A DNA stretch of 63,953 nt, the filler included, from Piptocephalis cylindrospora (Eukaryota): the NCBI GenBank assembly GCA_003614145.1. It is 21 parts of 21 records of this genome, joined end to end, with 100 filler letters (N's around TTAATTAATTAA, not from the genome) between each part and the next. Parts side by side here need not be neighbours in the genome. Positions count along the whole stretch, not along the records: positions 1 to 3,007 come from KZ988777.1; positions 3,108 to 6,114 come from KZ988778.1; positions 6,215 to 9,218 come from KZ988779.1; 18 more parts are not named here. One strand, given 5' to 3'. The first letter of the stretch is position 1; each line of letters starts with the position of its first letter. This document shows, one piece after another, positions 1 to 9,318 of this stretch. The position numbers were made by a program, and so were the translations under genes. Under the pieces are notes generated by a model. That model had not been told where the DNA came from and did not search any database. It was given only the letters and a program-made list of their open reading frames with translations.

Positions 1-1253
1 GCATGGGAGGGCTCTGTGAAGGAGCCAAGGCTCTCGACGAACTTGGCGTAAGCACCATTGCTATCACCGTACCTGGAGGAGATGGTGGGGACGAGACGGA
101 GGAGGACATCGACATCTTCGATCTCAATCTCATCTAGGGTAAAATTTTTGATCAGGAAATCCAAGGCCTTCTTGATGGCGTTACTCTGGGCACCCCAGAA
201 GTTGTAGTAGGGCTTTCCGGTGTCGGGTCGAACCTGCTCAGCAAAAGAGGCCAGATAGACGAGGGCATCAAGGTTAAAGATACCGTAATGATTAGGACGA
301 GTACGGGCCATCTCCAGGGGCATGCCACCAGTGGCGTTGATCTGGCTGGGCATGTAGGTTCCGACGAAATTGGCCAGGGTGGCGGCGGCGTCCTCATGCT
401 TGCCCAGGAACTTCTGGTACTCGACAACCTGACAGGTCCAGTAAGTACGGTGATTGTTCTTAGTAGTGCTAGCACCAGCCTTGAAGGGGGGATTGAGGAG
501 CCAGGCCAAGTAATCCTGGGCCCATTTGGTCATGACGGCATCATCCTCTTTGGGGCGCCACAGGCTGGAGTGGGTACGGACGAGCTCAACGAGGGAAGGG
601 ACAAAGGCAAGCTGGCGCACGGAAAGGATGGCCTCGTACCGACCGACCCAGGTGGAGGGGTTGGAATTACGGACGACTTGACCGTAGTTGGCATTGGGGT
701 TCATACGGGTGGTGGAGTTGGTGAACCAGGCACGGAGCTGGTGGACGACATGGTTCATGCCATAAGTGCTCTTCCCGAGGAAGATCTCACTCAAGGCCTC
801 GGACCGCATACTATTGGTAGCGGCGGTCAGGTCGGCCTGCTGGGTCAGCTCGAGGATGTCAGGGTTGATGACTCCATCCTTTTGGATCCATTGTCCATTA
901 GGATCGGTGGGGTTGGGCCACCAGTAGGGCGCGTAGCTGAGAAAGTCCCTCTTGTCCCCTGAGGGCGGGGTCACGGTGGCATTGGTGATGGTAAAGGGGG
1001 GAGCGGCATGGCTGCGTCGACTCACGCTCTTCAGGGCGGTGGAGGCGGCGGGGGAGGAGCCCAGGATGCCCGAGGCGGCATTGACCTTGAGGTAAGCATT
1101 GTTCTGGTGTTGCCACGGGAACATATCGGGGAAGAAGGCGTTGGGGCGGATGGTCAAGGGGACATCGAGCTCAATAAAGCGCTTCTCCAGGAGGGGGGAC
1201 GCGTCCGCGGTGTGGCATGCGACCATCAAGGCGAGAGTGGCAAGGAGCTTCAT
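1..1253 (-). CDS. Secreted polysaccharide lyase, alginate-lyase (PF05426)/PL38-like; 3' end runs off the window
   Basis: Manual translation from ATG at 1253 is open to position 1 (absent from the ORF track). It has a signal peptide MKLLATLALMVACHTADAS and motifs PPSGDKRDFLSYAPYWWPNP, DGVINPD, MNPNANYGQ, KNNHRTYW and EMARTRPNHYGIFNL. Confidence 0.85.
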   Translation of the reverse strand, partial: MKLLATLALMVACHTADASPLLEKRFIELDVPLTIRPNAFFPDMFPWQHQNNAYLKVNAASGILGSSPAASTALKSVSRRSHAAPPFTITNATVTPPSGDKRDFLSYAPYWWPNPTDPNGQWIQKDGVINPDILELTQQADLTAATNSMRSEALSEIFLGKSTYGMNHVVHQLRAWFTNSTTRMNPNANYGQVVRNSNPSTWVGRYEAILSVRQLAFVPSLVELVRTHSSLWRPKEDDAVMTKWAQDYLAWLLNPPFKAGASTTKNNHRTYWTCQVVEYQKFLGKHEDAAATLANFVGTYMPSQINATGGMPLEMARTRPNHYGIFNLDALVYLASFAEQVRPDTGKPYYNFWGAQSNAIKKALDFLIKNFTLDEIEIEDVDVLLRLVPTISSRYGDSNGAYAKFVESLGSFTEPSH

Positions 1254-3007
1254 ATTGATGGTGGAGGGGGGGATGATTAATTGAGGGTGATTAGGTAAAG
1301 TAATAGCAAAGGAACTGATAGAGGGAGAGATGAAGGGGGAGATGGTAGGAGAGATCAAGGATGGGAGTAAAGGCGTGTTTGTTGAACATGACTTTACTAT
1401 CGACGCTTTATAAGTATTTAGCTCCGCAAGACCTCATGCTTGAACGGAGGAAAACTCCGACCTTTTACACTGCTTTCCAAATGGCCAAGACTGAAGACGT
1501 GGGGCACAGTTTGGGAACCAACCAGGCTGCAGCACAGGGGAACGCTGTATGTAGATCATACGCTCTATTGAGCTTGGATTTGGGGTGAAGAGGGAGAGGA
1601 AGGTGGGAAGGAGGTCTTCTTGCGGAGACCAATGGGCCATGTCCAGGTACGAATGGTAGAGAGGAGGATATGGCAACAAGGCTATCTCAATGGGGATAAG
1701 GCGCATCCATTGTAATGTATGCTAGGGTATTCTGCGGACCTGTACGGCCCTGATTGATTTGAGGGGCCTAGGTGGTTGGTTACTCCGGGGAAGGGGATGG
1801 TCGCATCTCTGGTAGATCAAGCACCTTCTTCGATATTTGGATAATGATGCACATGCTGTTCTTTACTTTCCTGAGAGCTACCAGTAGGAAAAGCAGTCGA
1901 TTGGATGAAGGCTCGGCCGCCGCCATCCCTTTCACTCTATTAGCAGTCGTCTATACTGGTGTTGCTGCTTTGTCTAGGAGGTGGCGTAGGAAGGGAAGGG
2001 GGATGACTGCCCTAGCTTTTATGTAAGATGATACGGGATATAGTAAATCACACCCAGTCGAGATACGTGATTACTTTGGCTCAATTACTCATCGTGTGCT
2101 CTTTGGCCGAGTGGTCCGGAGAGCTTGCTTGACACCCAGAGTAAAGGGGCATGGGCCTTGTTCTCTCCCTTCACGATCATCCAGGATGTTTATTGAGCGC
2201 GGAATGTATCCGTCTCCATCCTGTTGTTCCCATGACAGATCGCGCGCGATAATATCACGGGCCCTTTTTTTTCTTCCTTTTCCCCATTTCTCAGCCTGTC
2301 CAAATGATGTGTGCAAATATGAGAACACTAATGTCCCACGCCTTATTTTTTGGTGGCAAGGACTAAAAAAAAGTAAACCAGGTTCAATATTGTACACATA
2401 CAGCCCAGGAATATTCACACCCAGCCAACCAATCCTCACCTTCACAACTGGGTAATGCACATCGTGGATGAGACCACTGGGGATCCTCCCAATCCTGGCC
2501 TACTCCACATCAGTGAGCGCTAGCGACAAGAGAGTCAGTTCAGTTAGTGCGGTAATCAGTGAGATGGCGAGCGAGTTACCCGCGCCTTCTCCTGGTCACA
2601 GACAGGCAGGGGAGGAGGATGACTTTCTCTCCGATGTGGAAAGCCTTAGCTTCTTCATCTCATCAAGCACTGACGGATGACCGCATCCTTTTTCCCTCGA
2701 GGTGGTCTCGACACTCTTCTCTTCTCTTTCCTTCTTCCCTACTCTGTACCCCTCACCCTCCTCTTTCCCTCCCTTCCTATACAGTATCGTTCTTTGCGTG
2801 GTTGACGCATCCTTTCCATTCTCTTTCCCCCCCCCCCCTTCCCCCCCCCCCCCCCCCTCTTTTCCCTCCCCCCCCCCCCCCCCCCCCCTTCCTCCTTTCC
2901 TCTTTCCCCCACATTTTTTTCCCCCTTGGCCCACGGGCTTCCCGACCCCCTTTTCCCCCCGGCCCTTTTTTTCCTTCTAAAAACAACACCCCATCAGAGG
3001 AAAAAAA

Positions 3008-3107
3008 NNNNNNNNNNNNNNNNNNNNNNNNNNNNNNNNNNNNNNNNNNNNTTAATTAATTAANNNNNNNNNNNNNNNNNNNNNNNNNNNNNNNNNNNNN
3101 NNNNNNN
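3008..3107. other. Artificial contig spacer N44-TTAATTAATTAA-N44 (first of 20)
   Basis: The same 100-bp spacer, with stops in all six frames, also starts at 6115, 9219, 12321, 15420, 18405, 21498, 24589, 27679, 30768, 33855, 36935, 40014, 43092, 46168, 49242, 52308, 55259, 58318 and 61373. Confidence 0.98.
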
Positions 3108-3489
3108 TCTCACACAGCTCAAGGATCATGTAGACATTCTCAGTATCCTCAAATACGGCGTGGAAACGGACAATGTGTCGATGTCGCATAGTCTTGTGAA
3201 TGTTGATCTCGGAGAAGAGCTTACTCCGGATTTTGGAGCTTCGCAACACCGATTTAGGCATGACTTTAATGGCCACCTCGGATCCCTTTTCGTCCGTACC
3301 ATGGTACACCCGGGCAAAGCCTCCCTCTCCCAGCATGTCCCCTACGACATACCATGTCTTGGACTTTTCATCGACCACCTCCTTGGGTGGGTGGGGCCAC
3401 GCCTTCTCTGGCTTGGACTCTCCCGCGGTGGTCGTGGGAGGTCGACGAGCTCGACTTCCCTTGCTCCTCGGTACGTTGGTGCGTAGCAT
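3108..3489 (-). CDS. CDC5: Polo-like kinase (Cdc5/Plo1), N-terminal part of the kinase domain, truncated by the contig end
   Basis: LGEGGFARVY glycine loop, VAIK, and KLFSEINIHKTMRHRHIVRF...ENVYMILELCE, typical of Plk. Confidence 0.9.
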
Positions 3490-4820
3490 CAGACTGGGCT
3501 GAATGTGATGTCCAGGGGGGGATGAGGTTCTAGAGATATGGGATGACCAGATGGATGGATGGCTGGTTGGATATGCAATGAAAACAGGATACAGGATGCG
3601 TGAGACAAAAGAGCAAAGAGGAGGTAAGGATGCAAGTGACGTTGAGTGTGGCTCTGGCTGTGGGAGGATGTGGATGATAAATACTTATTGGGTTGGATGG
3701 ATCTAATGGGCAAGGCGATGAAGGGGGATGATAGTGTGAGCATCTCGCAGACCTGCTGAAATGCCTTCGTACACAAACAAGACGTTGGTAGGGAAGGAAG
3801 TTGCTCTTTCCGTTGCTTGTGGGAAAGGCAGTCGAGCAGCGGGGGTTCCACGCTTGAGGATGATCGGCGTTTTTGACTGGGGGTGGCGGTCCCGCTGACC
3901 CATTTGGAGGTGACACAGGGGTCGACATCCTGTACTCCCCGACGACTGGTCCCACCAGCCTGGGTGGTCCTTGGTGTGCCCAGGGGACTCATCAGTGTGG
4001 ACCTTAGAATGGACCAGTGAGAGGCAAAAGGCACGTTAGATCCACGTTGGAGGCCTCTTCATCGGCATGAACGGTAGGGTGGTCAAGTGGGGGGTGTTGT
4101 TCGTGGTAGAGAGGCGCTTTTTTTATACCGGGCTGCATATCGAAAAGAAATGTTCTTCCAGGATCATCTTGCTTTATAAGCAGGTCCATCGGCCAAGGAA
4201 AGCGGGACTAAATCCCTTTCCATATGCCATGCTGAACAAGAGACAAACGAATGGACAAAAATCATAGCGAGTAAGTGTTTGAATAGAGACAAACAATTCA
4301 AAGGTTTGATTTAACTCAAAATTGCATGCTGTCTTGCTTTTTATTTAAAATGACCAGCATATGGTACTCGAATTTGCAGTTTGAGTGAATGGCAAGGGAG
4401 CTAGAATGAAAATCAAGGATGTGTCTAGCATAAAAATAACAATCAAAGGATACATGGGCATAAGGTCAGTAGTAGGGAAATGACATGTTTGTTTTGTGGC
4501 ATGGAGCACACTGTAAGCACCATCAAAAGCCAGCGACCCGATGAATAGAAAGGAGGGGAGGGATGGAGACGAGAATGGTAGCACACACACAAACACACAC
4601 ACGCATGGATCCATCTCTCGTCATTGAGGAGAGGAGAGGGAAGGAGGGGGGGGGGGTGGGGGTGATATGCCCCTTTCTTTCCCTTTACCCTTCCATACCG
4701 TTCCGTCCATCCCCAGAAACCATCCCCACAACATGTACAATGGCAAAGACGGAGACCAGAGGGGCCATTTTACCCCTCTACCAAACTCAAGACACTCTCT
4801 TACCATTCATGGCCCCACTA

Positions 4821-6114
4821 TCACCTCGGAGCGGGGCCAGACGACCGATTGGAAAGACTGGTAGCTGAACCATTACCGGTGGCTGACCGGTCCGAGGAAG
4901 CGGAGCTAGCCTTGGGGGTAACCAGGGTCTTGAGGATGTCCCTAGCCTGCCGCAAAGCCTTGTAGGTTAGAGTGTCGGGGGAAGAGAGGACCTCCTGGAG
5001 GGACCAGGTGTGCATGGCCCTTTGAGAGTTAATGAGAGTGATGACACGACCCTGATCGCTGAGAATGAGTTTATAGTGCTTGAAGAAGTTGATCTGGACG
5101 ACGTGGTTGGAGAGGCGGAAGACCACAGCATCATGGACCCGGGCGTACTTGCTGAGGAAGTCGAGATGGGAAGTGCGTTCAACGTCATCAAAAGTGTAAG
5201 CCTGGGGTTGGTAGAGATGCTCAGCCATATATCCACTAAAATGGCCCAGAAGCGTGACCTTCTTTTGTAGTTCCGGGGGATACTTATCCGTGGTGCATCT
5301 TAGACGCTTAAGCATGGTCTTACTGGAGCCCTGGGGGTAGAAGAAGTACTCCAGATGGCGAAGATCCGGGCTACGGGCCATGATGGTGGCGTCGTTAAAG
5401 TACACGGCGACAGAGCCGTCAGTGAGTTCGTACCCTAAACCATACTTGTTGGAGTAATCCATCCACTTGGCCACAAAGACCGCGGGGGCCTGGGCGGGTA
5501 GGGTGTTGGGGATAAATGCATCTCCCAGAGTCTTTCCTGCACGGATACGTGTAAAAGCCGAATCTAGCATGATGGCCATGGCATCAAACACTTCCAGGCT
5601 ATCTCGACCTATAAGGGATTATGGATGGAGTGAGCTGAAAATTGGTCAATGTGTCATTCCTTCTTCCACCACCGCCCTTACCTGCTAGGGTCTGAGGACC
5701 ATAATCCGAGGGAGGAGCGCGACCTGATGGCCTTCTTCGTTCAGTCTCGACCCCAGTGGCTGTGATAGCTCGGGGGACATTAGTATCCTCGGTCCTCTTG
5801 TCATCGGCCAGAGTGCTAGTCCTCTTTACTCCAGGAGGTCTTCCAGGCCTCTTGACATCCACCTCCTTCCGTTCCCTCATTGCCTCGTCCTTTGCCCTGC
5901 TCTCAGAGCTGGATGTGCCGGTAGGGGCGCTGTCAGCCTGATCTGGGATCAGGGTTAAAGGCACCGTACCTACGTTCCTGGCCCCTTCAGCTTCCCCGGA
6001 ATCCTCCCGCTCGGGAACTCCAGTCCCATCCAAGGGAAAGCCTGGGTCCACATGAAGGACGCTCACAGGCATCTTTTCTGGATGATAGCCCTGAGTGAAA
6101 AAAGAATGCTGAAT
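4821..6114 (-). CDS. CDC5: Polo-like kinase, C-terminal part (end of kinase domain, linker, two polo boxes); 5' truncated; intron 5609-5681
   Basis: IQHSFFTQGYHP at the contig edge; polo box 1 FVAKWMDYSNKYGLGYELTDGSVAVYFND; polo box 2 VVFRLSNHVVQINFFKHYKLIL; the GT-AG intron restores the frame (LAG/RDSLEVF). Confidence 0.92.
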
Positions 6115-6526
6115 NNNNNNNNNNNNNNNNNNNNNNNNNNNNNNNNNNNNNNNNNNNNTTAATTAATTAANNNNNNNNNNNNNNNNNNNNNNNNNNNNNN
6201 NNNNNNNNNNNNNNGGGGGGGGGGGGGAGGATGGAGAAAAGGTATGAGAAAAGTGTGAATGATTCTAGTAGTAATGATAGTGATGATAAAAGCAGATTTA
6301 AATTGACTTTACTGTCCCTTGAATACTGGAGCGCTGGAGAGTGCGTTCAACTTGGTGTGGGGAGATAAGAGGATGACAAGCCTGGTAGCAAAGACATATG
6401 CAGATCTTCTCTCAAGACCTTAAATAATGGACTGTGGATCACCCTTGCTGGTGGGACGCTTGACCCTTCCATCACACACACCTTCCTTTTCTTTCCCCTC
6501 CTTACTCCAGTCGACCCTCATAGCAA

Positions 6527-7593
6527 ATGATCAGAAAAGGTGGAATCGTCCCCTCATCCTCCGAAGAGGATACGGCCTCGCCAGGTACGGCCATGGCGGA
6601 GGAGGAAGAGGACGCTGCCCCCTCCCCTCAATCCTCCCCGTTGTCTGAGCCCCACTCAGACCCAGACTTTGAGGAAGATCTGGCCAGTTTGGACGAAGAG
6701 CTGGAAAGAACCGAGGATGAGCAAGTTGAGACTGAGGATGTGAGTCTTTCCCCCTCCTCCCAAATGGACTCGGTTGTCTCCACCCCACAGGAGACCCCTG
6801 TCCTCGAGGATGAGGATGTCGATATGGATGAAGAGGAGTAAGTGGGAGACGTGGCTTGGAGTGGGCAGGACGATTTGGTTGCTGTTCTCCTTCACTCACG
6901 CTCTCGTCCACGCTAGATTCACGGATGATGAACAGGAGATGCCCACATCAGGAAACCTCACTCGAAGGCAACGGGCCAGGATGCATGATCAGCCGGATGA
7001 AACGCTCCTGGAACTTCCAGAGATGGAGAGTAAGAAGCGAAAATATACGGCCGAAGAGGCTGCCCTGCGAAGATCTGAGGTCTCCCGACGAAGGGAAGTT
7101 CAACGAAAACAAAAGATGGAACAGATCCACCGACAGACCATCAACAAACTCCTCAAGAAGCAAGCCTCTCGGAAGACCAAGCAAGAGGAGGCCGAGGTGA
7201 GTGAAGCATCAAATCATACCTATTCACGAGGGCCTACTCACTCCTCCTTTTGTCTAGGAGTCTGCGGATCTGCCCCTACCCCCACCCCCACCCTCCTTGC
7301 TTCGGTACCAATGGACCAAGGAGGGCACCACCCTGTCCATTCCTGAGGGCATGACTCTTTACAAAGGACAAGTCAGTAGGTATGTGGCCCTTTGCGCTAT
7401 TGCACACTATTTTCTCTACCCTAACCCATTCACTCATTGCTCCATCATGTATAGCTACCCAGAGGAAAGGGCAAAGTGTGAGGTCCCCGGCTGTACAAAA
7501 GTTCATCGATACCGTATCCCCAAGACCAATCAGCCCGTATGTAGTCTTGAGCATTACCGGGCATTGGTCAAGCCCGCCAACTCGGTCGCATGA
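6527..7593 (+). CDS. IES2: INO80 complex subunit Ies2/INO80B (PAPA-1 domain), multi-exon
   Basis: Acidic N-terminus; LTRRQRA...LLELP...TAEEAALRRSEVSRRR...QTINKLLKKQ; RYQWTKEGTTLSIP; C-terminal CEVPGC...YR...VCSLEHY. Confidence 0.8.
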
Positions 7594-7869
7594 GAAATAT
7601 ATGTGAGGTTTGGCACGAGTTTGCACGGACAATCCTTGTCGGATATGAAAGGGAGAGGGGAGGACATATCATACGCGTACATTGATACGCATAGGGACGC
7701 GTGTATACACGCGTCAACACGCGCACTCATGCAAACAAAATGCACACACACGCACACAATGGACGCGTTTGGCTGCTGTTGTTTCTTCACACTATTAAAT
7801 TCAACAGCCTACATCACTCCCTCTCCTCCCTCTTTCTCTCTCTCTCTCTCCTCCCCCCGTATCCATACT

Positions 7870-9207
7870 TTACTCCTCGTCGCTCTCGTCCTCATCATCA
7901 TCCTCGTCAAACTCATCCTCGGGGAAATGTTCGGCGACCTTGGTGATAAAGTCCTCCTCAAAGAGCTCGGGCTCCTCGATCACATCATCGGGAAGACCTC
8001 CAAGTTCCTTGAAGCGAATAATGAGAGCATCGACCTCGGCGGCCTTGGCTCCACCCTGGGCAAAGAGGACCTGGGCGAGACGGATGATGAGCTCCTCATC
8101 ACCATCGTCCTTGGCGAGGCCGGCGCGGTACCACTCCTCGGCCTTGGAGAGGAGGGAGGCCTCGGCCTCCTTGGCTGCGGTCATCTGAAGACGGGACCGA
8201 GTGAAGCACAGGTCACCGAGCTTCTGGAGGATCCCAACGGACTCGGGCTCGAGCTCAGCAGCCTTCTCGTACGCCGTGCAGGCGTGGCCGTAACCCTCCC
8301 AGACGGCCGACTCGGCGGCGGCGGCCTTCTCGGGGGAGATGGCAGCCTCCTCAGACTGGTCGGCATCGATGGCCGCCGTGATGAGACGAGCGTGGGCCAC
8401 GGTGAGGAGAAGGTCACCCTTGTCGCAGAAGGCATCGGCGTTCTTGGGGTCGACCTCACAAGCCTCGTCCAACTTGGCGAGGGCCTCATCGTAATCCGCA
8501 TCCTCGACGCGCCCGGCCTCATCACCCCGCTTCTCCGCCCGAGATTCGAGAACACCAGCCCATTCCTGGAGGAGCTCGGATTTGCGAGTGGGGCGAAGGG
8601 CAATGGCCCGCTCAAGAAGCTGGATGGCCTGAGTGAAATGGGTCTCGTAGGCGTCCTTTGAGTCGGTGAGGTAGGCCAGAGAGTTAAGGGCCTCGCAATG
8701 ACCGACCAGGGTGTCCACCAGGTTGTCCTCGGTGACGGGATCATCCTTGGGCTCGCCCTTGGCAAGCTGAGCCTCCTGAATGGTAAAGACCTTGGCGAAG
8801 AGCTCGCCAGCCTCGGTGAGATCAGCGTTAGCTCCCTCGTCATCCTCCTCCTCCTCGGCCTTGTGGTCCGCGGAGGCAATGAGGGCCTGGGCCAGTGTGT
8901 AGTTGCACTCTCCGTGCTCTGGGGACACCTCGAGGGCAGCGCGGAACTTGTCCATGGCCGTGCTAAGGTAATCAGCCTTGGCCTCGGGATCCACCTCGTC
9001 AAGGAATCCAGCGAGAATAAAGGAGATACGACCCCAGTTGTACAAGCACCCGTCATCCCGGGGCTGCAGGGCCGAGGCCGAGGCGTACGCGTCCAGGGCC
9101 TGTTCGTACAGGTGGAGGGTGTCCTCATCGGGGGTCTCCTCGGCATCAGCCTTGACCTCAAAGGCCTTGGCCTCGGCGATGAGCTCTTCAAAGGTGGTGG
9201 CGGGCAT
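7870..9207 (-). CDS. Acidic TPR-repeat protein, function unknown (445 aa)
   Basis: Long ORF with strong codon bias and TPR-like helical units (ALDAYASASALQPRDDGCLYNWG; ACEVDPKNADAFCDKGDLL; AYEKAAELEPESVGILQKLG). Confidence 0.75.
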   Translation of the reverse strand: MPATTFEELIAEAKAFEVKADAEETPDEDTLHLYEQALDAYASASALQPRDDGCLYNWGRISFILAGFLDEVDPEAKADYLSTAMDKFRAALEVSPEHGECNYTLAQALIASADHKAEEEEDDEGANADLTEAGELFAKVFTIQEAQLAKGEPKDDPVTEDNLVDTLVGHCEALNSLAYLTDSKDAYETHFTQAIQLLERAIALRPTRKSELLQEWAGVLESRAEKRGDEAGRVEDADYDEALAKLDEACEVDPKNADAFCDKGDLLLTVAHARLITAAIDADQSEEAAISPEKAAAAESAVWEGYGHACTAYEKAAELEPESVGILQKLGDLCFTRSRLQMTAAKEAEASLLSKAEEWYRAGLAKDDGDEELIIRLAQVLFAQGGAKAAEVDALIIRFKELGGLPDDVIEEPELFEEDFITKVAEHFPEDEFDEDDDEDESDEE

Positions 9208-9318
9208 AGTGTGGGGGGNNNNNNNNNNNNNNNNNNNNNNNNNNNNNNNNNNNNNNNNNNNNTTAATTAATTAANNNNNNNNNNNNNNNNNNNNNNNNNN
9301 NNNNNNNNNNNNNNNNNN

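Noticed and set aside
288..1280. Plus-strand ORFs of 224 aa and 90 aa
   Set aside because: Antisense shadows of the codon-biased lyase gene; no independent motifs.
1400..2700. Short ORFs between the lyase and the first spacer
   Set aside because: I could not build a consistent gene model or recognise any motif.
3052..3063. Regularly spaced TTAATTAATTAA as a repeat, CRISPR array or piggyBac TTAA site
   Set aside because: Always centred in N runs; a synthetic six-frame stop linker.
7670..7770. Cluster of four ACGCGT (MCB-like) hexamers
   Set aside because: Lies between convergent 3' ends within an AC-rich low-complexity tract, not in a promoter position.
7603..9270. Long plus-strand ORFs (352 aa, 190 aa) and an alternative-frame 336-aa ORF; the same applies to 14575-15330, 18790-19398, 33962-34486, 59433-60215 and 62928-63845
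   Set aside because: Stop-free antisense or alternative frames are expected opposite genes with strong C/G third-position bias.
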